DNA of 61,285 bases, counting the filler, from Sluysia triapertura (lineage: Eukaryota), in NCBI GenBank assembly GCA_046118255.1. It is 4 parts of 4 records of this genome, joined end to end, with 100 filler letters (N's around TTAATTAATTAA, not from the genome) between each part and the next. Parts side by side here need not be neighbours in the genome. Positions count along the whole stretch, not along the records: positions 14,534 to 27,246 come from JBJNIA010087688.1; positions 27,347 to 41,362 come from JBJNIA010009433.1; 2 more parts are not named here. One strand, 5' to 3'. Numbering within the stretch: position 1 is the first letter of the stretch; each line of letters begins with the position of its first letter. This document shows positions 26,472 through 39,300 of this stretch, piece after piece. Made by a program: the position numbers and the translations under genes. The notes below the pieces were generated by a model. It saw only the letters and a list, made by a program, of their open reading frames with translations, searched no databases and was not told the DNA's origin.

Positions 26472-27246
26472 TGTTGCGATACAAGCCTAAAGTGCCATGT
26501 ATTCGAGCATTGAACTGCGCGAGTTCGATCTCCGGTCAGTCCATTTTATGAAGTCTAACATTTGGTGAGCCCGCATATCGAATTAATGATTCACAAGATG
26601 TTTCAGGTCAAACATAATTGAATTAGGTATATTGAGATACAGGCCATGTAGTATAATAGACTATAGTAATCTAAAAATTGTTAGACGGGGCTGATAGCTC
26701 AGTGGGTAGAGTTTGTTTATCCTCTATCTTGGGGGCTTTTAATCTTTAATCTTTTGGTTTTGGGGAATAATCAATCTATTATACAACAACTAATATTTTC
26801 ATTTCTTTCTTTTTCTTTTCATTTTGCATTCAATGGTTTATAGTTCTTTCTTCTATTTTTTATTTTTATTTATTTATTTTTTCCTTCTTTATTTTCCTAC
26901 ATTCTCATTTCTTTATTTAACATACTTAATTGTATGTCTGTGATTTATCATTGGTGTGGTCGTGATTTAATATCTTTCTTTGTTCTTTCTGACATATCAA
27001 TGGTATGCTTGTGGCCCCATAGTTCAACAACTATTATTAACATTTTCCTAATCACCACAAGCAGCACGAATATCAATTTCTTAAATGAACAATCAGTATC
27101 AGCATTATTACATTAACTACTTTTTATATAAATATGATCCATTTATTTATATTTATTGTACTTTATTATTTGAATATGTACGTACTTGTTTTTGTTGTAA
27201 AATAAAAGTTTTCAATTCATCAAACTGCGCAGCGAGACGTCCAGGG
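26472..27246 (+). mobile_element. TRIM-like miniature LTR retrotransposon with tRNA-bearing LTRs
   Basis: 5' LTR 26472-26560 (TGTT...AACA), PBS TGGTGAGCCCG at 26563, ~69-bp internal region, then second LTR from 26630. The second LTR carries the tRNA 5' half (26688-26711), is interrupted by 506 bp, resumes at 27218 and runs into the contig end. Confidence 0.7.
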
Positions 27247-27346
27247 NNNNNNNNNNNNNNNNNNNNNNNNNNNNNNNNNNNNNNNNNNNNTTAATTAATT
27301 AANNNNNNNNNNNNNNNNNNNNNNNNNNNNNNNNNNNNNNNNNNNN
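27247..27346. other. Artificial contig-joining linker
   Basis: 44 N + TTAATTAATTAA + 44 N. Confidence 0.95.
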
Positions 27347-29192
27347 TTATTTCAACGAAGTTTATAATACTTCATCTGTTACTTCTCATCAATTCTTTCT
27401 TCATTTGTAATTCTATATATATTATTTACTCGTCTCTTAATCTAAAGTTGGGCAATCCCAACAAGATCATTTTATAAATGTTATTGAAATTGACATGTGA
27501 CGTACCATTGAGGTATGTGTATTTTATCAAAAGTTGTTATTGGAAATAAGTTTAATATTGGATTTGTATTCAATTTAAGTTGATGTATTATTGTATCACT
27601 ATGTATTGTTATAATTATTATGTTAAATTTTGATTTTGTTATTCTGAAAAGATAAGAGTTTGTCGTAAAATCTATTCCCTTTTTATAATTGCTAGGTGAA
27701 AGTAAGACGAAAATTTGACTGAAATTAGTGTTAAAATTTCCGTTTAAAACTGACTCTAACAAATATAAATATATTGTCGAAATACACCATAATTAAGTGG
27801 AATTTCCGACTTTCTAGCACTTATCTAAATACTATATAAATAACTATATTTCCTATAATATAACAAAGAAATTAGTGCAATATTTGATTATTCTCTTCTG
27901 CAGTACGAAGGTTTATTCAGTACAGTAGAAGTAAATATTAATTGATGTAGGTAAATCACATTTCATCACATAAAACCATTTCACATATACATTTCACATA
28001 AACCAACTACTAAACTCATTCAAAAAACAAACATAAGCATTGCACATAATTATCATGAACTACAGCTATAATTCAAACCGTATTAAACTATATGTAATAA
28101 ATATTGTCATTATTGTTGTATAATATGATTATCATATAATAACTTTTATAATAACTTTCACATTAACATCAACAATACCATTATTTTAAAACATATAATA
28201 ATTATGTTATTGTTATCATTATTATCTTTATCTTTATCATCAACCTTTTTCTTTATTCTTTTGTTTTTCCCAGTTTATATATATTTATGTATGTGTTAAT
28301 CTACAAAGTATACATTTGGTATCTGTTTTGAAATTTGTTCTTTTAACTTTTGATCATCTTAAAATTTAACATTATCATACCATTATTGTAATTACACTAC
28401 TAGTTTGTTTTTTATTATTAGTATTATCATTATAGTTTCATTAATTTATTATTATAAATGTAAAAATAGCAAATAGTGAGCTTTATCACTTTATTAGACA
28501 GTCTATAAATTTTATTCATTATAAAATTTAATTTGATGGATATTTTATCTATTTAGTATTCTCACTAATATCTAAAATTCTGAACAGTCTATTATTTATA
28601 TCTCTTGAAAGGATGTACAGCATTATATGTAAATTTAAAGTATTTTTAAATTTGGATATGAGGAAAAAGATACTGTTATTTTGTAATAATTCTTACGCAA
28701 TATTTCTACCCTTAAAACAATCCAACGCATCTTTATAATAATCAAAATTTCTTAGAAAATAACAACTAACACACTTTTCTTTTGTATTCGTTATTTTCAT
28801 TTTGTTTCGATTCACCAAGATCAGCAGGACTAAGGTTCATTTTTCAATCATAAATATTACCTTATTTTTTGAATTGAAGTATGCTATTCCAATCAGTCAA
28901 AACCTTTAGAAATGCTCATTTCTTTTAAATTTCTTAATAATTTCTTAATTTAATAATTATGGCAGCTTACATCTTGGCTTAGTTTTGAAGTTTATTCTGC
29001 TGAATTGAAATTTAATTACACTTTTATGAAGTTTAAATTCGTTCAGTGATTTAAATTAAGTTAATATTTTTAATGGTGAAGAAACCATTTATTTTTGCTA
29101 TTATTACTCTTGCTTGGTTCAAGTAAAATGTTTACTTGATCTTTTTTATAATTACACTATCACAAGATAAATTGTATTAATAAATTTATTTA

Positions 29193-30003
29193 TTAAGGGT
29201 CTAATAACTCCGGCTTTCGTAATATTTGTTTATTCATTTCTTGTTGATTACGTAACAGAATTCGGTACGGTTTCTTTCTAATTACTTTGTCTTCTATTAA
29301 TAGAATTTCATGATTTATTATGACGGAATCTCCGATATCGTATTTATTCCTCGCAATTGCCCAAGGATATCTATAGATGAATTTGTATAACGTTTCTTTT
29401 TGCTGTTTAGTTAAATTTTTATTCTTTATTTGTATTTCTTCATAATCGTCTTCATCTATATTTCTTTGTAAATTAATATTCTTATTTCTTGATTTCTCAT
29501 TTGACACCATATTTATTTGTGTTTGTTATTTATAATTGACTATTTCTCCTAATTTTGTACCTGCATATAACCATTTATTTTCATTTGTATAATTTATTAT
29601 TCTTATAGGTATATTTCCATCACAAATTCTACAGATTGAGTCTGCTATTCCTATATTTAATTTTTCTTGGTTATTTTTTGAAGCAATAAACATTATTGGG
29701 CCATTTCTTAGACTATTTGTTTTGTCTGGTATTATACATTCAGTTCTACTAAGTAACCATCTTGGTTCTTCTAATATATTATCATCATCATCTATTGGCC
29801 TATCGCTATAAGTATCCATCAACCTTGCTTTACTAAAATCGAGTGAGACTTCTTTTAATTGTGAAAATACATCCATAACTAATATCATATCTTCTAGACA
29901 TTTTCTCATAATTCTGTATTTTATTTCAATTTTATTTTATCCAATCTCACATAACATTTTTAATACACCTAAAATTTCGATTTCATATACGGTTACTCCT
30001 GTG
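29193..30003 (-). mobile_element. Ty3/Gypsy pol remnant (protease C-terminus to RT start)
   Basis: ARNKYDIGDSVIINHEILLIEDKVIRKKPYR pre-RT motif; clearly the same family as 47780-49740 (DDDDNILEEP, NSLRNGP.MFIASKN). Confidence 0.85.
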
Positions 30004-30072
30004 AGATATTAAATATAACTTTTAAATATTAAATATAACTTGTTATTTTAATAAAAATAATATTTTATTAAG

Positions 30073-32439
30073 CTAAAGGAAAATCTAGAAAATTAGCTAA
30101 ACGAAGAGCGGCTCTTCAAATGTTAGATAAATTAAAAATGGAAAATTTAACAATTCCTCGTGATATGCTTGATATGATTGAAGAGGGAACTCTTAAATTG
30201 GTTAGCATTTTTTTCGTAAATTTGATTGAAAAGTGCATAATAAAACAAATTTTAGAGATTCGACGTAATAGGTGCTACTTAACTGAAACATATATTTAGG
30301 TACAAAATTAAGTAAGTTTGATAAATTTTTCATTTGAAAATCCATTCTAACATCTCTCCATTATCAACTTTAATTCATATACTCTCGAATATTGAATATT
30401 ATTCTCATTCCTTTGATATACTTGCTGCACCAATAGCTAGAATCAAGTGTATCAAAGTAAATGGCATCAAGATCAGAATTAACGTTAGTTTCTACTACAA
30501 GTGCTTTAATGCTTTAATGTTGGAATGTGTAATCGAAATCCTTTTTTAGGAAGATTTGGAAGATATTTATTAGAGTGTTTATATATTTAGAATTATCTTG
30601 CTTTACATTTAAAGAGGAAATTATTAGTTTACCTAGATCATAGATTTTTTCCATCTGTCTGTCGTTTTGAGAAATATTTTATTCCTGTTTGAGATTGTAA
30701 CAATATCTCTGAATACCAACGGGACCATAAAAATTAATTGCAACGCTAAAAAATACTTTTAACCACAATAATTGATTTGTAAATACAATTCTTCGTTGCT
30801 TGTGCAATATCGTTAATTTTGGAATCTTTTATTTTACAATTATGCAGCGTTCTTTGGATAATTGTTTGTGATGGAGAAATATCGTTGAATAAAATTCGAA
30901 TAAGTGTTCTTTGGTCGTACTAATCACTAATTACTTGTCGAATTAAATTATGTAATCAATTTTATTAATTCAAATTTGATATTTTTAATTTTATATTTTG
31001 GTGAACTCCAAATTTAAACACTCTACTCATAAGCACAATGGAGAGCAAACATTAGCACGAACCTCATAAATAAAATCTTAAACAAACTTCCACACAAAGC
31101 ATTAAAACAACAAACAACAAACACAATTTTTAAATCTCACAGTTTATATTCAGAATTTGTATAAATCATATAACTATTTATTAAAATTATTTTTGACATA
31201 ATTCTTATGTTTTTATTTTTTATTTATTAGTTTCATGCTTTTACTTCTGCACCTACGTACATCTTTATACGTTTGTGTATATATATGTGTGTATGTATTT
31301 TCAAGTTCAATAATATTATACACTGTGATGCTGAACAAACCTTGATTGAAAGTCTTCATAAACACGTTCTCAACATTATAATTCAAGGTGGTCAGAAAGA
31401 TTCTAATTTTCTAAATCTAAAAAAATAAAGAAAACGAAACTAAAATATTTGTCAATATAGTTAATTGTCTTTACATGGTTAATTTATTTATTATTTAGCT
31501 TCCTAAACTTGATTATTTAAATAGGAAGCTTTACAATAATTGTAATTATTATCTACTCACTATTGCAAGTAGATAATAATTAAATAATATAAATAAATGT
31601 AATAAATTATAAATAATAAAGCCACTAGTTGTATGCATAATAATGTGAAATTTGTAAGAACATAGACGATGACAAGCCCAGTGAGCAAATAATAAAAATT
31701 ATTACGATAAAATTAATGTCAGGTAACGAGTATGATTCTTTTTGACGAAAATAACTGCTGTTGATAAATATTTTAGTTTTGTTTTTTAGATTTTGTATGC
31801 ATTCTTTATTTCTGGGCATCTTGAATTACTTGCAATGGCTTAGCTAACTTTTAATCATTTTATAATGTTGATGACATACTTTATGATCTGGATCTAATCA
31901 AGGTTTGTTCAGCATCATAGAGTATAATTTTATTGATATTGAAAATATATACATAAAATGCGTACAAACACATACGTATAAAGATATTCGCAGATGCAGA
32001 AACAAAAGCATAAATAAGTAATAAATAAAATAACAATTATGTCAACAATAATTTTAACAAATGGTTAAAGATTGAAACAAATTTTGATTACAAACTGTGA
32101 CATTTGAAAGTGTATGATATTATAAAGATTGTGTTTTATGTTTGTTGTTTGTTGATTTAATGTTTTGTGTTAGATCGCGCTGAAGTTTGATCAGGATTTT
32201 AGGTTGTGTTAGGTTGTGCTAATGTTTACTCTTGATTGTGTTTATGACTAGAGTGTTTAAATTTTGAGTTAACCACATTGATTACAAATAGAAAATATTT
32301 TTCGATTAAGCCTGAAGACGAAGAACTACGTTTAGAAGATATTAATAAAACTATGACAACAGCAAACGTAATTCAACAATCTTATTCGAGAAATTTGAAA
32401 GGTGTTTACAATAGTAAAGGTGTTATGCTGAAAGTATCA

Positions 32440-32494
<55 letters not shown>

Positions 32495-33818
32495 CTGGTT
32501 AGATTTAGTTTAATAATGATAATAATAGTGTTAACTAATATAATAACATTAGTAATGATTCAAATAAGGGCACATTATTATTACTATGAAATTCCAAAAG
32601 TACAAAATCTATTGTTTATAATATTTTTGCCAAATAGATGAAAAACTTAGCAAATTTGTAAACTTTATTTGAAAAAAAATGTTGCCGAAATTATTACAGG
32701 GAATAATATATAATTTACTTACTAATCACCAAAATGCAGTTGATTATTAATATACTTAGTTTAAACTTTTTAAGTTGCCCCCCATTTCAACATATTTATT
32801 TTTGGCGCCCTCAACTTAATAAAAAAACTATAAAAAAAGCTTCATAAATAAAATAAGCACCATTTTAATAATAAAATGTATTATTTTGTTACTTATATGA
32901 AACAGAAAGCAATAGTTCTGATTCTTTAGCAAAAATAAAGAAAAATTAACAAAATTAAATTTTAATTCTTTATTTCAATACATGTCTGTTAATAAATTTC
33001 ACTTCTGTGAAATATTAATATTTTTTCAACACGTCGCTGTTATTTAATAGCTGCTATTTCGCGATTGTGATAGCAGTGTACTAACGTTATTTTTAATTAT
33101 TAGCTAAAAATAGCAGAATACCAAATAGCATAACATCTCTAGTGCACGTGTAAAATTGCTTTATGAATTTGTAAGTATATTTGCTTTGATATTTTATTCT
33201 TGATGATTGTTGTACATCAAGAACTTGAATTTGTAAAAAACAAAAAATATTCAAAGAAAAAGCAAAATTTTGTAAAATCTAATGTTAAAAATTTTAGCGC
33301 CCCAAATTATTATCACGCGTCTCCATTCGGGGGCTCGACTATTAGTTTGCGCACCTTTGCTTTATAATACCATTTTCGGTTCATCCAGGTGACCACGTTT
33401 ATATGTTTAAATTATCTGAAATCAATTTAAATACATACATACATTTCTCTGATACTGCAAGTCAAACATTGTTTAAATATTAAATTAAAGTTATCTAATA
33501 ATATTGATTACATAATTTTTTGTTATTTGTCATTAAGAATCTATGCAATTTTATAACAATGAAACTTACATCGAAGAAATTTCATATTCTAATAAACTTC
33601 AAGAAGTGTGTAATTGTTATAGATTAACTCCAGTTTATACATATATGTCTCAAACTTTATCTGGTTCAATTTATTGTCTTTTACAACTTAACACAGATCC
33701 CGTACAAATTATTCGAGGAGTTGGTTCGACTCTTGAAGAATCCAGGGAAAATTCCGCAAAGTCTTGTCTTAAATTCCTTACCAATATGTATAATCCACCT
33801 GTTTTAAGAGATACCTAA
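30073..33818 (+). CDS. TARBP2: TARBP2/PACT/Loquacious-like dsRNA-binding protein, 3' exons (partial)
   Basis: Exon 30073-30200 (A)KGKSRKLAKRRAALQML is the end of dsRBD2. Probable linker exon from 32311 to 32401 or 32419. Last exon 33538-33818 encodes the type-B dsRBD3 (KLQEVC...YTYMSQTLSGSIYCLLQLNTDPVQIIRGVGSTLEESRENSAKSCLKFL), stop TAA. Confidence 0.8.
30999..32275. repeat. Long diverged inverted repeat (foldback/MULE-like): arms 30999-31381 and 31860-32275
   Basis: Arms are colinear reverse complements, including a perfect 22-bp match (31326-31347 vs 31896-31917); ~480-bp spacer. Confidence 0.88.
32440..32490. repeat. (AAT)n microsatellite
   Basis: Direct inspection. Confidence 0.95.
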
Positions 33819-35383
33819 TATTATTATTATTATTGTTATTGTTATTATTATTAAAATTTTTTATTTTATTTGATTTCATTTTAACAAATATTTAAATATA
33901 AAAAGTAAACAGATTATTGAAAAATGAAGCTTTTTTGAATTTACTAAGGGAAAATATTTTTTAACTTTGGTAAATTCAAAATTCAATTTTATTTTGTAAA
34001 ATTAGCATTCATTATTATGTGCAATAAAATTTTATTTTTTTGTAATTAGAAAGTTCAGATATTTTATTTCTTATATATGAATGATGTCCAAACACCATTT
34101 ATTATGAGTTTTCAATTTAATATTGACATTATGAATAAAATTTAAATGATTATTGAATGAAATAAAATTATTAATAAATTCTAGATCAATTGTTAAGAGG
34201 TTAGTAAAAATTTATTAATTAAATGTTAATTATATATCAATTATTTATTTAGAATTGTAGTGTTAGTTATAATAACTAACATTTTAATATTTACACGTTA
34301 CCTTATTCACTTCACATTTACATTCAATACCACCAATTTACACCAACTTATCCATCAAAAATACATTTCTCGATATTCATAACAATCAAACAACAACCAC
34401 ATTTGAAACTATCTACTCGATACCTTCGAATGAATTACAGCACCTTAAATTCAGCATTTGTCATATAATCACCAACAAAAAATACAACATCACTTAAAAA
34501 CAACACATAAGATATTGCACATTAACCTTTCAAATATACCAAGAATTGTATTATAATCTACCTTTTCACATTTACCAAACTTTGCTCTTCTCAACAGGTC
34601 TTTCATTCACGATCTTCGATTTTCAAATATTACTCAATCAAAAACAAGTCAATATCTAAAAGTTAATTCTAGTGTCCTGCATTTCATTACATTGTATAAG
34701 AAATACTATCATACGTCAACTACACATAAAATTCATTTAAACTAATCTTTATTCAAAGATGTTATTGCTTTATGTCAAGAAACCTAGAATAATCAAAAGA
34801 AGATCGTGTATAGTTTTAGAAAAGTCAGCAATTTATGTAATTTAATAACCAGAATAATTTTTACACTTTTGTCATTATTATAGCATTTAATCCAAGCATC
34901 TTTTACTTAAAATGTGTCAAGAATCAAAGAAAGAAACAGAAAGTTTATGTTCGTTAAGATACAAGAAATTTATGTATTTTTTAATTATTTTCAAATAGAA
35001 TAACATTAATAATAATAACATTGTTGCATTATTGATGTTGCTAAGTTTTGTAACTTGATTTAATTTATTAAAACTGGTATCTACCATCATCAGTATTGAC
35101 ACTATTCACTACAGTAAATACATTTGTGTCTATACTGATGATGGCTAATCATTCAGCATAAACACTATCAAATCATTTTGTTAATTTTCACATTTGCTCA
35201 CATATTACTGGCCATCCAACCAGAATGAAATTTGATACTTTGCAAACAAACATTTCTAGTTGGATGACCAATCATCGGTCATCTGGCACAGAAAAATTAA
35301 TCATGAGAAAAATAAAATCATAATTTTTAACAAAAGTAAAAAGAAAATAAAACTTTAGTAATTCCAACTCAATACCAATAGAT

Positions 35384-36363
35384 ATGTTTTATTTACGACT
35401 TCAAAAGCATCCAAATCCTATTAGTAAGGTTAGTTTCAAAAGTGATAACGTGACAATTAAAAATGATGCATCTAATTCGTATAGTCTACTAGAAATTAGT
35501 CAGTATTTTAGTGATACCTTATTTATTGGATCTTACAATGAAGCATTCTGGTTTAATGATTTAAATAGCGTGTGCACCATCGTAAAACCTTTTACTGCTA
35601 CGAATATTTATTTAGAAATTCAATGTTCGAAAGATTATAAATCAATATTGATATCGAAGTATCATATGCATAAGAATCATAATGATTCACTCATTAGAAA
35701 TCATAACCAAATTTAGAAGCAGAGATTAAAGTTCAAATTAGAACCGATTAAATCGATTATATTTACTACTCCAATTCCAATTATATTACGGCCATTACTC
35801 TTTCCGGAATGATATGATTTTATAAATACATTAGAACGATTTCTTCATGTCAATATCTAATAAAATCTAATTACAATAATCGACTTAGTGCTATGAATTT
35901 ACAATTATATCTATTGAGTTATTTTATGAATTTAATGTATCATCTAGTTAAAAAGCGTATTAAGTATAACTCACTTAAACATAATGAAAAAAGAATTCTA
36001 TTTGTTCAATCAATTTCACATCAATGGCTTCTTATGTATGATCCGTCGCATTACTATAAATCACTTGCACATGTTGAAATTAATTTAGTCAAAACAGGGA
36101 TAGTTCCAACATCAAAACCAAAATTAAAAATTATCGAATTATTTCAAAATAACGATGAATTTAGAGGCCATGAACTTTATAATCTCAACCACCATCTAAA
36201 AACGTGTCGTATTTATTTCATGAAAATAACTTTATTAGCCAGATTTTTATGTCTGGAGCAATTTATGGGTTTATGCGATATTAAACATTTGAAAAGACTT
36301 GCTCATACATGTTCAGCAAACAACAATTTTAAATGTCACGGTAGACTAAGTGATACCACGTAG
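35384..36363 (+). pseudogene. Fragmented ORF of unknown family
   Basis: 110-aa and 156-aa ORFs bridged by coding-like sequence with stops; no family recognised. Confidence 0.35.
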
Positions 36364-39300
36364 AATACAAGATTAATATTAAAACAATTGAGTATCTACA
36401 ATTTAAAAAAGCATTAAGAAAATATATAATTGGCCAAGTAATAAAATTCATTTGTAATAATCAGAGTTCCGAAAATGTAAATTCTTATTTTATTCAAAAT
36501 TATTACAAATTATATGATTATTTTATTTCAGATGATCGTCCTAAGACTAGGCAATATGATGCGCTCCAGATTACAGTGATTAAAATATTAGTTTATAAAT
36601 TTAGATTAAATAAAAATTTCTTTGCATTCTTCATTTATTTGTATAAATCATCTTTGAATAAGTCATCTAATAATTTCGAATTTATGAATACAATATTCAT
36701 CGTAAGAAAAAATGTACGGATTTAAATCTCATTTTATTTAAAATAAACATATTTTCATTAAACTCGTTTGACTTTAAAAGAATAATTTTACTATGTTCAA
36801 AAACAACTCCACCAAAAGTTAAAGCACATATTTTTCAATGTAATAACTTTAAAATCATGTATTTTATTTTAAGTAATTTCAATCAATTCAATTACATTTC
36901 ACAGATTAAAAGCTTCTCTAAATTTCAAATCATAATATTCTAATATTCTATAAACCATAATATTTTAATAATACATGAAAAATTGAATATAATATAATAG
37001 TAAATGAATCTTGAATTTCTTGTTTCATACGAATATTTTCGATTACTGCAGTTTCTAAAGTATAATAAACATTTTTTATTTTCCGTTTTATGAGTACCAT
37101 TTTCTGTGTTGTTTAACGTGGAGTTTTCAAATTATTTTTCCAACTCTGGATTCTTTTAAAAATACTTTACATTTGTTGAAACCAAAAAGTTTCATCAATA
37201 ACATGGTTATTTAATTTTAAAACGAAATGCAAATGATTATTTCTTAAAAATTTAATTAATTTTTTATTTTAAATTCAATTTTTTGGAATTTGGAAATTAG
37301 CAATTTCACATCTACCATCAGAGACAAGTTGAAAACTAACTTCCACTAGAATAATTATAAATTAATTTGATCTAATTAATTTTTAAAACAAATATTCACA
37401 AATTCTTAAAATTATAAATATCTCTATATATCTCATTAAGATAAAACCATAGAGTAAAACAACATTTATTTTTATTTTATTCTTAGATTAAAAATAGGAA
37501 AAATTAGTTAATATTAATGGAACAATTCCAAAAAATATCGTAACGCATGAAATTAAATACCAAGAATATGACAAAAATTATAATTTCAATTACATTATTT
37601 AGAAATTGAACTAAGATTTAGTACACAAATCTCATGATCATCCGGATGTTAGTATTTAATAAATGTTCAAAATGAAATGAGAATTAACATGAGAGATATG
37701 GCTCTTTCAATATTGAAAACCATGGTTATATGGAAATTGATTACAAATCCAGAAAACTGATGAACAGTTCACGAAAAAATTTTTAGATCGCAATGAGAAG
37801 TTATAACAAGCTTCAATAAACTGTCTCATTTGTGTATTTTAGTTTTTATTTTCAAGAATTACAGTGCATATTGCAAAAAAAAAATCTTGATCGCAATATT
37901 ATATTGAAAAGTAACTATTTTGTTATTATTGTCAAATATAGATGTTTTCGGAGTGCACGAGCTTTTTAGTCGTATTCAAACACAAAAGCAATTTTGTAAA
38001 ATTATCATCACTACATAAAATTGCTGTTAAATAAATTTTGTGCATTTTTCTTGTATTTGTGTTCATATTATTAGATTAGATTATTAGTAAGAGTAATTGC
38101 ATCATATTTTGAATTTTGTAATAAACAATCAATTTTGTGACATTAAAATTTAATTTATACTAATATTTGTATTATTACTGCACACAAAAGATTTTAATGC
38201 ATCAATGAGATGATAAAACATTGTTTAAAAATTTATTATATTATTAATTTAAAAGAAAATAGCAGACACATTTACTTTGATCCGATTTATCTTGATTTTT
38301 CGGCCTTAATTTCATTGAAATTTTGACTACGTGATCAATAATGCTTGTGAAAACAGTATTAAAATATCGTGTTACAAAAATTATAACATTCATTGATTGG
38401 TTTTTAATCCTATTCCTGACACCAATGCTAAATAATGACATTTTTTGTTCCAGAATTTTGTAAGATCGATATTTGTTGTTTAATTGATTTTTATTTGATT
38501 GATTGATTTGTTCTAATCTTTTAATTGACGCTTAAAATCAGTTGTATTAGTTCGATAGGCTTTAAGCCGGCTTTAAATTATTTATAATTAAAATTAATAG
38601 TAAACAAAATTTTAAAAATTTTCAGAATAAATATGGAAAGAAAAAATCTAGTTTTAGGAACAATTTTCCACAAAATATTACTACAACATTCCTAAAATTG
38701 GTATTAGGAGTGGAATTGTGTTGATATTTGTCTATGATTGTGTTTATGATTATGTTTTAGTTTTGTGCTTACCACAATTAACCATACTTATTTTTCATTT
38801 ACAATTATATTCTTATTCGCATACATTAAGTTTTAAGTTATGCGCATTCAATAAAAATTTTACATAAAAGAATACATTGTATAAATATGAAGTTCAATTT
38901 TTTCGTCAGCAATGATACGACATACAAATGATTCCTGCATGGATGACTGTATAAATGTCAATGGCATTTGAAAATTATCAACACATCAGGAGTGAATTTT
39001 CCTGGAGTCATGGCATAGTAAGCTATTCATACTAGATGAGTGCTTAGGCCTTAATTCTTCGAGAGAAACGTAACGGATCAATTTTGTAAAAATAATGAAT
39101 GATTAATTTCTCCATTTATTTTCAATACTGCACACAATTTTTGGTGCACATACGACTGTGCTTCAATATTTTATTTATTTATGCGAGAACGTGAATATAT
39201 TAACATTTTGTTCGTAAGTTGTTACATCATGGTGTTCTTCGATTGCTAGGGAAGTCACCAGTAAATGTTTCTTGTGGACATTGTGAACCATAAATAATTC

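Noticed and set aside
37487-37648. Exon-like segment with TAG/TAA in frame
   Set aside because: Also frameshifted and no recognisable homology.
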